Source: Monocercomonoides exilis PA203 (Eukaryota > Protista > Preaxostyla). From it: 64,000 bases of DNA. The notes under the pieces are model-generated. The model saw only the letters and a program-made list of their open reading frames with translations, was not told where the DNA came from and did not search any database. The position numbers and the translations under genes were made by a program. Positions 11,842-21,630 of the stretch are shown here, in pieces. The number at the start of each line of letters is the position of its first letter. Position 1 is the first letter of the stretch. The stretch spans positions 1 to 64,000 of the forward strand of contig LSRY02000031.1 of assembly GCA_001643675.2 (NCBI GenBank), written 5' to 3'.

Positions 11842-13053
11842 ATGACATCAAAAAAAACTAATTCACTCATAAAGAGTTTATTAGCTGCTTCTGATACACT
11901 GCTCACAGAAATAGAAGTGTACAAGAAAATAAAAAAGATTCCCACAAAAACTCGAGTGTTCAAATTATATTATGAAGCTCACAAAACAGATCTCATATTT
12001 GATATCACTATTGAAGAGTTATACAATAGATATAAACTGGAGTATTTGAAGAAATACAATCCAAAACAGTACAAGAAACAGCTTAGAAATAATTATGAAC
12101 TCATAATTGATGAGCAAACACCTGAGCAAAATAAATTTCTGCAAGACACAGGATATAAATCAAAAAAGAAACAAGAATCACTTTTCTATAAAAAATACAA
12201 TTCTCTTCCTGCTGTTCACTCGAAATATCTCAAGAATAGTTTTCCAGATAAAGAAAATAAGCAATACTATTTACATCATGTGGGACAAAAATACACATTT
12301 CTGATAGATCTAATGTTTTCAGATAATTTATGTTATCTTGTTGCAATAGGACTAAATAATAGATATCTGTTTGTGGAGCCGACTAATTTTTCTTCGAAAG
12401 ATGAATCAAGCAGTGGAAAAGTTACTCATACACGGCGAACAGCTTCTGCTGTAGTTGAAGCTTTAAACAGAATGATTTTAAAAGGAATGAAAGTTAAATA
12501 CTTGAGAGGAGATAGCGAACGTGCATTCAATAGCACTTTGGCTCATAAATATTTTTAAACTCACAACATTTCTTTTCAATCTCTTGTAAGAACAGGATCT
12601 TCTCACACACAAATGGCTCCACTTGATAGAGTTGTCAGAACTATTAGAGACATGAATTATACATCAAATCCTCATAGTGAGTTTATTAATCCAGTCAGAA
12701 TGAAGCAACTGGTGTATTATTATAATAATGCTCCTCATTATAGTCTATCAAAAATAATGAACTTCGATATTAGTCCTCAGCAAGTGTACGATAATGAAGA
12801 ATTGGAAAATGAGATCATTCGTCGAATTCATCAGTTGAATTATAATATAATTAATTCTCTTGATTACAAGCTTCCAATAAACACTATTGTCGTTTTAAAA
12901 GCTCATTATGAAAGATTAGACAAGAGAAGAATGAAAATTCTTCCTGAAACGTTTATAGTAATCGGATATGACAAAGGAAAAATAAGAGTAAAAAGCAACG
13001 TTGATAATAGAATACTAATAGTCTCAAGATGTGAAGTATCAAAAATATTATAA
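11842..13053 (+). CDS. int: Retroviral-like (rve) integrase, in-frame TAA at 12556-12558
   Basis: FLIDLMF, LRGDSERAF, APLDRVVRTIRD and YNNAPHYSL motifs. The two ORF-track pieces are in the same frame. Confidence 0.88.
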
Positions 13054-13061
13054 TATAAATT

Positions 13062-14015
13062 TTAAGCTGTGCGTCTCCAAAATGCTAAATAAATTGCAGG
13101 AGGATCAATAGAGTGTGTATGACTATTACTGCCTCCTGTTGTGCTGATACTTGCGGAATGGTTATGGCTTCCTCCAACTGCTGTGTAAAAATGGGTTTCA
13201 CCTGATGAATCCCAATTATATTCCATACCAAGAATATTTCCAGGCGATCCGATACTCTGTAATGGATGATATAAAGCATGTGTGTGTTCTCCACTGTTAT
13301 TTATTGTGATGCTGTGACTATGACTTGGTATTTGAGAAGTTGTTAATGTCGTTGCACCAGAAGTTGCTGATCCAGATGTCGAGCCTATCATATCTGCAGA
13401 AGATGCAGCTCTTATAAATCTTCCATTTGTAATCATTTTCCACGATGTTCCTGGATATGTTTTTGATGGATCCGAAGAATCATATTTAATTATAACACTG
13501 TTAATCGGAAATATAGCATTTATAATTGTTGTTAAAGATATCTGTTTTGCATCAATTTCTGATTTGATATAATAATTATCTAATGATATTTGTTCTTTCT
13601 CGATTTCTAATAATTCTGTTCCATCCCACCAGTAATCAGGAACATTTGTATCTTTAATATAAAACGTTTGTCCAGTTTGTAATGTATTGACATTATCTTG
13701 AATGGAAAGCCATTGACACATATCTTCATAACTGTCAAACACTCTTGCTTTATATCCAACTTTTGAATTCAATTCATCAAACATATATCGATTCAAGTCT
13801 TGATTTGCTGTTATTGATTCATTAATATCTTTTATGCTTTCTTCAATACTTTCTTTCACTTTATCGATATTCTCTAATGCATTATTTATTTCTTTCATAT
13901 TTTTGTCAACATTATTGAAATTCTTCAACGATTCATTCTTCATCTGCTGTTGCTGTTTATGCTGAAGTAACATCAGAGCTATATTAGCGTTTATTGTTTT
14001 TAATGATGAACTCAT
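13062..14015 (-). CDS. Putative virion fibre protein with phage baseplate/tail-collar (Gp10_C-like) C-terminus
   Basis: N-terminal coiled coil, VPDYWWDG module, then FPINSV...DPSKTYPGTSW...TLTTSQIPSHSH...PPAIYLAFWRRTA, typical of phage tail-collar/Gp10 C-terminal domains. Confidence 0.7.
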   Translation of the reverse strand: MSSSLKTINANIALMLLQHKQQQQMKNESLKNFNNVDKNMKEINNALENIDKVKESIEESIKDINESITANQDLNRYMFDELNSKVGYKARVFDSYEDMCQWLSIQDNVNTLQTGQTFYIKDTNVPDYWWDGTELLEIEKEQISLDNYYIKSEIDAKQISLTTIINAIFPINSVIIKYDSSDPSKTYPGTSWKMITNGRFIRAASSADMIGSTSGSATSGATTLTTSQIPSHSHSITINNSGEHTHALYHPLQSIGSPGNILGMEYNWDSSGETHFYTAVGGSHNHSASISTTGGSNSHTHSIDPPAIYLAFWRRTA

Positions 14016-14055
14016 TTATATATTGATAAAAATAAATTGTATTTTTTATTATAGC

Positions 14056-15213
14056 TTAATTAAATGGAACACTAACTGGATATGTTATGTTGAACTCAAT
14101 ACTTCCCTTATTGTAATACACCACTTGTTGAGATTTTATTTCCACAGTGATGAAAGATACTCCATCGTATTTAATTCGAACAGAACATGAACAATAATTT
14201 TCATAACCATCACCACATCTGACTGTTATGCTGAATACGTAATGAGATCCATCTGTGTATGGCGGAGACAAATAACTTTTTGCATTAGATACAGTGAATT
14301 TTCCAATTTGAATCCAAGCAGTTTTGTCATAGCCCGAGAGGCTTTCAATATCTCCTCTGACACACATAGTGGCAAGTTCTCCATATCTACTTATAAATCC
14401 GAATGTGTTTTTCAGCAAGCTATTGCCAGTGAAGAAAAGTTTTTCGGAAGTTGGAATTCTGACTGCTCCAACTTTATTGTCAACGTATTGTTTTGTAACC
14501 AAGTGATAAATATTTGTTGGAACTGCTGATGTTGTTATTGCATTTGAAAATGTTTTGCTTCCAGTGATAGTTTCTGTTCAACTTAAATGAACCACACTTT
14601 CGTCATTTGCTTTCGAAGAATCACTTGGATGAATATGATCTTCTCGTGCAAATTTATCTGATGTTCCAACATTAACAGAACCATCCATTAACGGATTACT
14701 TGTTCCTGCTTTTTCTGATAATTCATCAGGAAGAACATTAACTGATAGCTTTCCACTTTCATCCAATCCTGCATATCCATTTGCTTTATCTTTATTTGTT
14801 GTCTTTTCATATCCTTCCAACTCAATTCCAGTTAAATCTATCATGTCTTCTGATATGGTTAAATATGATGAGGCAATTTTTCCATTATTGTCAAGAGGAA
14901 CATATCCATTCGCTTGTCCTTTGTTCTCAATCTTCTCGCAGGTTTCAACGATATTATCAATCTGAACTGCTTTATAGTACTCATTAAGTCCACCCACACT
15001 GACTTCACTAACATCACACTCAATTTTCTTTAACGCTGCTCCATCCCACCAGTAATCAGGAACGTTATTTCCTTTTATAAGTATTTATTGTCCTTTCACG
15101 AAATTTCCTTTGTTCACATCGATCCAAGTTTGCATCTCTGAAGCTGAATCAAACACTAAATTTCTTGTGCCTGTCTGTCTGAGCTGTCTCTGATAAATAT
15201 CTGATGTTTGCAT
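14056..15213 (-). pseudogene. Putative phage-like tail-fibre protein (in-frame stops at 15085-15087 and 14578-14580)
   Basis: One frame from ATG 15213: VPDYWWDG module, repeats KGQANGYVPLD/KDKANGYAGLD, FAREDHIHP, VVHLS*TETITGSKTF, LVTKQYVD, and a beta-rich C-terminal tip. Confidence 0.7.
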
Positions 15214-15266
15214 TTTCAATGATATTAAAAAACAAAAATTAATCGTTTTAACTGTTTATAAAGATA

Positions 15267-16060
15267 ATGTTAAAAACACTTGTGAAAGTCCCTCCAAAAA
15301 GATACATTAACAAATTGAAGGTGGAATTGACAGATTCAGACACTCAAACCACTAATCAAAACACTGAGAGTAATAATGAAGAAAATATTAATGAAAGAAA
15401 TCTTTTTTATTCCAATGAAAATAGTATGCCTATTCCAATTTCTGTATCAGCAAATTTAACCAAATCAACACATACTTCAACTCCATCGATGTCTAGTACA
15501 ATAAACGTAAATGTGGCTGCTGGAAACACTGATTCAACAAAGGAGGCAGCTTCTAGAAACCAGCAAGAGCGAGAACAATCAATTCCTGATGTACTTCCTT
15601 CACAAACAGAACCGTTCGATAATTTCACAGCTTATCCTTCTGTTCCATTTGAACCATCAGCACCCTCTTCTTCAACACATCCTTATCCATTGTATTCATT
15701 ACGAGAATCAATAACTATTAATCCTGATGATGAAAACAGATTTAAAGATAAATATATCGAGTTACTCATTAATGTGATCAATTCTCCAAAAAAGTACTCA
15801 AGAGTTGCATTGAACCCAGTAAGATGATTATTCTTCCTGCTGATGAATTATCAATATTGATTGCATTATTGTCAGGAGTTAACGATGTTGAAATCATAAT
15901 TGAAGAACAAGCAGTATCGTGTTTGGGAAAAGTGAAGTTCATTAAAGATATCTCTCGAATATTAGTCTGGTGGATTGGATCTTCAAATAAAATATTATCA
16001 CATTTACAACAGACTGTTAGGTTATCATGTCTCTCTTGTTCACACATTCTTATTGAATAA
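15267..16060 (+). CDS. Ser/Thr/Pro-rich hypothetical viral protein (probable 1-nt frameshift in the A-run near 15790)
   Basis: ORFs 15267-15827 and 15824-16060 join smoothly (SPKK/VLKSCIEPSKMIILP) if one A is added to the homopolymer. Confidence 0.55.
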
Positions 16061-16138
16061 CTCGAAAGAAAAATAAATGAATATATATTTTTATTATAAA
16101 ACAATTACGATATATCGAATTTGAGTCATCAATATTAT

Positions 16139-16915
16139 TTATGACGCTGTTATTTCTCTTTTAGGACTCAGAGAACGTATGACTGTTAATACTTGTTCAA
16201 TTTCAGATCCTTCAAATGAATAAGGAAGTTTCATATTTAGTTTTTGAGTTATCACTTGTCTGATATTCATAGTTGCTGGAAATTCAAATTGATATATATA
16301 CTCTAATGATCTTGAAGTATCAGCTGATAACCTAAATTGTTCATCAGATATTTTCACTATCGACAGCTTTTTAACACAATTAGTTTCAGGCACTGATGTG
16401 TTGGATATGTATTCTTTTTGAACAGTCACTGTCTGTTTGAGTTCTTCGATTATCTTACGTTGTTCTTCAATAATGCTGTCCTTAATTGAATCAAACGACT
16501 CTCCTGTTGCTTGTGTGCGTTCGTTGATTGCGTCCATTATTTCTGATACATATAAAGCGTATTTAGGAGATGTCCACATAGCAATTATGTTTATTAATTT
16601 TGGATGAACATACGTTCCTGAAACTGTTTTTGTATAGTCTTTTTCGAGTGTATAATAAGCGTGTAAAATTTTACCCGGTTCATTTTTATGTGATAAAACA
16701 AAATTCTTTTGCAATTCTTTACACAATTCGATTGATTCAATTCTTCGAAACCACGTCTTTAATTGTTTATTTTTTCCAACAATTTTATTTATTAAAGTGA
16801 CCATCTTTGTTGCATTCACAAACTTATATTTCTCACGAATCAGGATATCAAAACCGTTATAAGTTCCATTTATATATTTTTCGTTATTGACATATGAAAA
16901 AGTTACTTGTGTCAT
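16139..16915 (-). CDS. KilA-N (APSES-like) DNA-binding protein with coiled coil
   Basis: FVNATKM ... GTYVHPKLINIIAMWTSPKYA signature. Confidence 0.9.
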   Translation of the reverse strand: MTQVTFSYVNNEKYINGTYNGFDILIREKYKFVNATKMVTLINKIVGKNKQLKTWFRRIESIELCKELQKNFVLSHKNEPGKILHAYYTLEKDYTKTVSGTYVHPKLINIIAMWTSPKYALYVSEIMDAINERTQATGESFDSIKDSIIEEQRKIIEELKQTVTVQKEYISNTSVPETNCVKKLSIVKISDEQFRLSADTSRSLEYIYQFEFPATMNIRQVITQKLNMKLPYSFEGSEIEQVLTVIRSLSPKREITAS

Positions 16916-17322
16916 TTTTATAGAAGATAAAAAACTTGAAAAAATAAAATTAGCGTTATTTTAATTTGTTTAAATAATTGACATTAATGTATTTCTATTG
17001 ATACCATTTTTTGATGATGCGGAAATTCCCGTATCGCTTATTTTGGATACCCCCGAAGGGATAGAGATTCTTCAAATCAATATCAAATCAACTGTTTTCA
17101 TAGTCAAAAATAATCCGGAGCAAGTGACTTTATCTATCTTGCTCCAGCTTGCTCCATGTCGATTTTGTATATAAGAAGTACTGATTTCAGTCTCAATATT
17201 GATCAATCTTGCATTAAAAACTGTATAAGACCGGAGCAAGTGGAGCGGAGCAAGTTGAAAAATCGTTATCTCTAAAAATAGCGGCCATACGGACATATTG
17301 GACACTGATGTTTTATTGTTTG

Positions 17323-17432
17323 AAATTAATGTCAATGCACAGGGTGCACAGGGTGCACAGGGTCATTTCAGTTATAAGAAAAAGCATGTCTGCTCGTCTG
17401 CTGTGGTTACGATACATAAATGTTTTATTGAT
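17323..17432 (+). repeat. Left arm of internal 110-bp inverted repeat with 3x TGCACAGGG
   Basis: Reverse complement of 20137-20246 with about 2 mismatches. Confidence 0.95.
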
Positions 17433-17516
17433 TTTGAATGAAAATTCGAAAAATTCAAAAATAAGCTTATTTTTTAAAAATGAATTTTTTTATCTTCCAG
17501 AAAAGACAGACAAAAG

Positions 17517-20107
17517 ATGATGTCTAATAACTTTGAAAATCTGTCACGAAAGAATCCATTGTGTCATGTCGAAGAAGATCCATTAATCGAGAAACTATTT
17601 AATGAAGCGATGGTGAAAGAAGCAGAGAAGAGGAAACAATTGAAGGCGACACCATTAGGAAAACGGATACAACGTTTCACAAAAACAACATTCAATTATA
17701 AAAAAGAACCACATTCATTCAGACATAAGAGTACAGGAGAGATAGTTAATGAAACAGGAAAAGAGACTGGAAAAGTTATTGATATCAGCAAAATTGAGAA
17801 TCTTGCAGTTGTCGATATTGATATCAATAAAACAGTTGACGATGAAAGAAAAGAGAAGATCCGACAATCTATACTATTGAGACTACCAGAGGATGTTGGA
17901 TTAGTTCAGACTGCAAGTGGAGGTCTTCACATTTATTGTGATCGCGATGACTATCCACTTAAAACTGATTCACAAACAAAAGCATATAAGTGTTCTGATT
18001 ATGATATTGACGTATTCGCATGTGTTCATGGTAATACAAGATATGTTACACAAGCTAACACTGAAGTAGTTAAATTTGAGAGTGAAGAAGACAAGAAAGC
18101 AGCAACAACATATGAAAACATTAAAGCAAAACAACTACATGAAGAACTAACTGACATTGATCCAAGATGTACTGTAAAGGACAGTTGCTACATTTCTTTA
18201 GCTGGATCAAAAGAATATCCAAATGTGAAAAACAACAGAAAAGTCTTGCATTACATCGATTTGAATAACTATCTTTCAAAGACTAATCTAGCTTCATTGG
18301 AAACAGTTCTTGATATTTTCGGAATTGATTTGAAGTATCATGTCTCCAGTTATGATACCAATATTCATTTAACTGCTGATGGAATCAGTTCAATGCCGAA
18401 AGAGTTTGCCGAATTACTAGTCTGTGGACTTACAGATGTTACAATACATAATTATTGTCATCACAGTATTGATAAAGAATTGTCATTGTTCCCATTATTT
18501 AATGCCATTAACAGTCTCATTAATATTGAATCAGTTGATGAAGAAGACATCAATGCCTATTATGATGAAGTCAAAAGTAATAATACATTAACAGCCAATG
18601 CTGAAATGAATTGGGATAAAACACGAGAGAACTGTTCAAACAAGAAATCAACACCTTATGTATTACAGAAGATTGTTAAGATTTGGTGTCCAGAATATTA
18701 TAAGAACACTGTTGTTCCTGAGATTAGAAAGATGAAACTGTTGAAAAGCAAGAGCTCGATAAATGAAGATGAAAACATTGACTATGAGAAGTATATCAAA
18801 CAAATTGATTTATATGATTCATTTTCATTAACAGATATAAGAAATAAATCAGAAAGTTGCCAGTATAAGAACATTATTGAAGTCTTATCTGATCTTTCAA
18901 GAGTTATTCGATTTATTGAAACTGGATCAATGTACATACAAAAAGAATACAATATATTTGACAAATGTTGGTGTATTGCTTTTGTCACAGATTCAAATAT
19001 GATGAAAAGTCTAAAGATGATAAAATTGTGGAAGACTGAATCGAAAACAATAACTGCATATGACGTCCTTCTTACAGGTTTATCCAAATTAACATTACAA
19101 GGTGTTATGTTTAATGCTGGAGATGTACCAAACGTATATTCTCTGTTTCAAGGGTATAAATATCGAGTTCTTGAACAAGTCGACATGACAATAATATCAA
19201 TGTTTCTTGACTTTATTCGAGAGGAAATTGCAGATTCAAATGATGAATTATTTGAATATGTTCTTAACTGGATTGCTAATATTGTTCAACATCCTGGAAT
19301 CAAAAATGAAACTGCCTTGGTATTGAAAGGACTTCAAGGAATCGGGAAGAATAGATTTACTGATGTTCTATCTGAGTTGTTTGCTGGGTATTCGAGTAGA
19401 AATGTTACAGAAATAGGAGAATTGACAGGTAACTTTAATTCTGTTGTAGAAAGCAAAATGTTAATAATATTAAACGAACTCAAGAACTGTGGAGACGATA
19501 GATTAGCAAATTTCAATACATTAAAATCGGTCATTACGGACATAATAATAAGAATTAATGAGAAGAATCAACCAAGAAGAAATTCTGAAAATGTCGCTAA
19601 CTTTGTATTCGTAACAAACAATCCATTTCCAGTTAAAATAGAGGCTGGAGATCGAAGATACGTTGTGCTAGCATGTAATGGAAAATATAAGAATAACTTT
19701 TCATACTTCGAACAATTATGTGAATCATTTTCAACGGAATTTTATGATAATCTGTTAACGTATTTTATGAAAAGAGATCTCTCGAAGTTCAACGTTAGAT
19801 TAATACCAATGACACAAGCTAAACTAGACATAATAGAAGCTATATAAACCCTTTTGAAAACTGGATTTGTGATTATTATAATGATCTATGCGAAGGCATG
19901 AAATGTACAGATGCTCTTGCAAATAAACCTTGTGAGATGAAAGATAAAAATTTTCAATTGCAGATAAAAGATAAATGCGTTCATAAACAAAAAACTAAAA
20001 ATGGAATACGATCATGGTATTATATATTGAAGGATGAATGTAAGTCTTTGTATCATCAAACAATAACTGCTGGAGATGAAATTGTAGATACTCTATCAAA
20101 CGAATAA
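17517..20107 (+). CDS. Prim-Pol (AEP-superfamily) primase fused to SF3/D5-like helicase (frameshift near 19843)
   Basis: VVDIDI and QTASGGLHIY (Prim-Pol), GLQGIGKN (Walker A), LIILNE (Walker B), FVTNN (motif C), DRRY (Arg finger). The C-terminal tail continues in another frame (NPFENWICD...) into ORF 19898-20107. Confidence 0.9.
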
Positions 20108-20136
20108 GTAAAATTTATTTTTCTCTTTTCTTTCAC

Positions 20137-20246
20137 ATCAATAAAACATTTATGTATCGTAACCATAGCAGACGAGCAGACATGCTTTTTCTAATAACTG
20201 AAATGACCCTGTGCACCCTGTGCACCCTGTGCATTGACATTAATTT
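20137..20246 (-). repeat. Right arm of internal 110-bp inverted repeat
   Basis: Contains CCCTGTGCA x3 and mirrors 17323-17432. Confidence 0.95.
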
Positions 20247-20316
20247 TTGATATTTCTTTTGTTAATCATAAGTGTTTTTTTTGAATATAAATAAAAATAT
20301 ATTATTTATTCATTTT

Positions 20317-20799
20317 TTATTGATCAATTTTAGATTTAAGTTCATCGATTATTTTTTGCTGTTCTTCTCCTGTTATTTGTGTGCGCTGATTAATTATGTT
20401 CATTAGTTTTCCAACAGATAGTGCATACTTAGGAGATGCCCATATAGCTATATAATTTATTAGTCTAGGATCTACATAAGTTCCTCTTGTTTGTTTATCG
20501 TATCCTTTTTTCAATTCATATTCATACCACTTATTATTGGATATATCGTCATTATCATTTGCGGCCTTGAAATAGGCCACGTCATATTCCTTCAAGAATT
20601 CATCAATATATTCTTCCCAAGATTTCCTATCACGAATCCTGCTGAACTTCTTTTTTTCATTAATAGCTAAACACATTTTTGTTGCGTTAATGAACTTATC
20701 CTTTTCTCTAATAATAACTGATAATCCGTTATAAGTCCCTAGTGTAAATACTTCATTATTAGCAGTTAAAATTTGCTTGTCAACGTTGTTCATTTTCAT
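20317..20799 (-). CDS. Second KilA-N protein (shorter paralogue)
   Basis: GTYNGL..IREKDKFINATKM ... GTYVDPRLINYIAIWASPKYA. Confidence 0.88.
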   Translation of the reverse strand: MKMNNVDKQILTANNEVFTLGTYNGLSVIIREKDKFINATKMCLAINEKKKFSRIRDRKSWEEYIDEFLKEYDVAYFKAANDNDDISNNKWYEYELKKGYDKQTRGTYVDPRLINYIAIWASPKYALSVGKLMNIINQRTQITGEEQQKIIDELKSKIDQ

Positions 20800-20924
20800 A
20801 GGAGTTAAAATATTTACAAAAATGAAAAAATATTACTAATATTGGAATTATTAAAGAAAACAGTTTTGATATATTTTTTGAATGCGCGCAAGTGTCTTGC
20901 TCTGCGGGAAACTTCGTAGATGAT

Positions 20925-21374
20925 TTAATATTCCAACATGTATTTCATGACGAATTTAACATTTGACATATCTAATGGAGTTTCATCAAAATTTTTGAAC
21001 CAAACTCTGAAGTTATCTTGTTGAAAGAACTGCTGATATTTATCTCTCTCTTGAAATTCATTACAATACCTAACAAGTGAATCATTATCTTTATCTTCAT
21101 GAATGAAATCCCCATGTAATGAAATGTGTTTTGGCTCTTCAAGTGCAATAGTATTTATTAAATTTGAAGACTCAGTGTTGTTTAATTCAATTTTTCGAAT
21201 CAGTTTGCACCATATAACATGAAAATATCTTTTGCGTTTAGAATTAACAAACGCTTTTGGAAGATTAGTGATTAAAGTTGATGTTGTGTGATATCTTTTG
21301 ACAGGCACGCTGATATCATTATTAATATCAATCCTCGCGGAAGTCTCAACTGGATGCACTTCATATGCACTCAT
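20925..21374 (-). CDS. Putative minor capsid (penton) protein, single jelly roll
   Basis: Downstream of the MCP candidate. C-terminus FRVWFKNFDETPLDMSNVKFVMKYMLEY fits the terminal two-strand pattern of Polinton/PLV pentons. Confidence 0.6.
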   Translation of the reverse strand: MSAYEVHPVETSARIDINNDISVPVKRYHTTSTLITNLPKAFVNSKRKRYFHVIWCKLIRKIELNNTESSNLINTIALEEPKHISLHGDFIHEDKDNDSLVRYCNEFQERDKYQQFFQQDNFRVWFKNFDETPLDMSNVKFVMKYMLEY

Positions 21375-21414
21375 TTACTGAAAATTAAAATCCCAAAGCA
21401 TTTCAAAAATGAAA

Positions 21415-21552
21415 TTAAACATACATCGATTCAGGTGTTGGAAGTCTTGGAGGATCTTCATTTTTTATTGCTGCTGTTAATAATAAACACTGGAATGTTT
21501 GGGCAATTGTAGATATTATTAATGTTGTGCAAAGGACAATTTCAAATAACAT
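21415..21552 (-). CDS. 45-aa hydrophobic microprotein (not in the ORF track)
   Basis: MLFEIVLCTTLIISTIAQTFQCLLLTAAIKNEDPPRLPTPESMYV fills the MCP-penton gap, with a TTTTTATCT motif about 45 nt upstream. Confidence 0.55.
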   Translation of the reverse strand: MLFEIVLCTTLIISTIAQTFQCLLLTAAIKNEDPPRLPTPESMYV

Positions 21553-21630
21553 TTATGAAAATCTTAAATGTATTAATCACTAATGTTTTATATTATAGAT
21601 AAAAATAAAAATAATATATAATTGGTCGGT

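Noticed and set aside
17072-17520. ORFs 17072-17335 (-) and 17308-17520 (+) as viral genes
   Set aside because: They run through the repeat/iteron region (the HRVHRVHRV translation reflects the 9-bp DNA repeat) and lack protein-like features.
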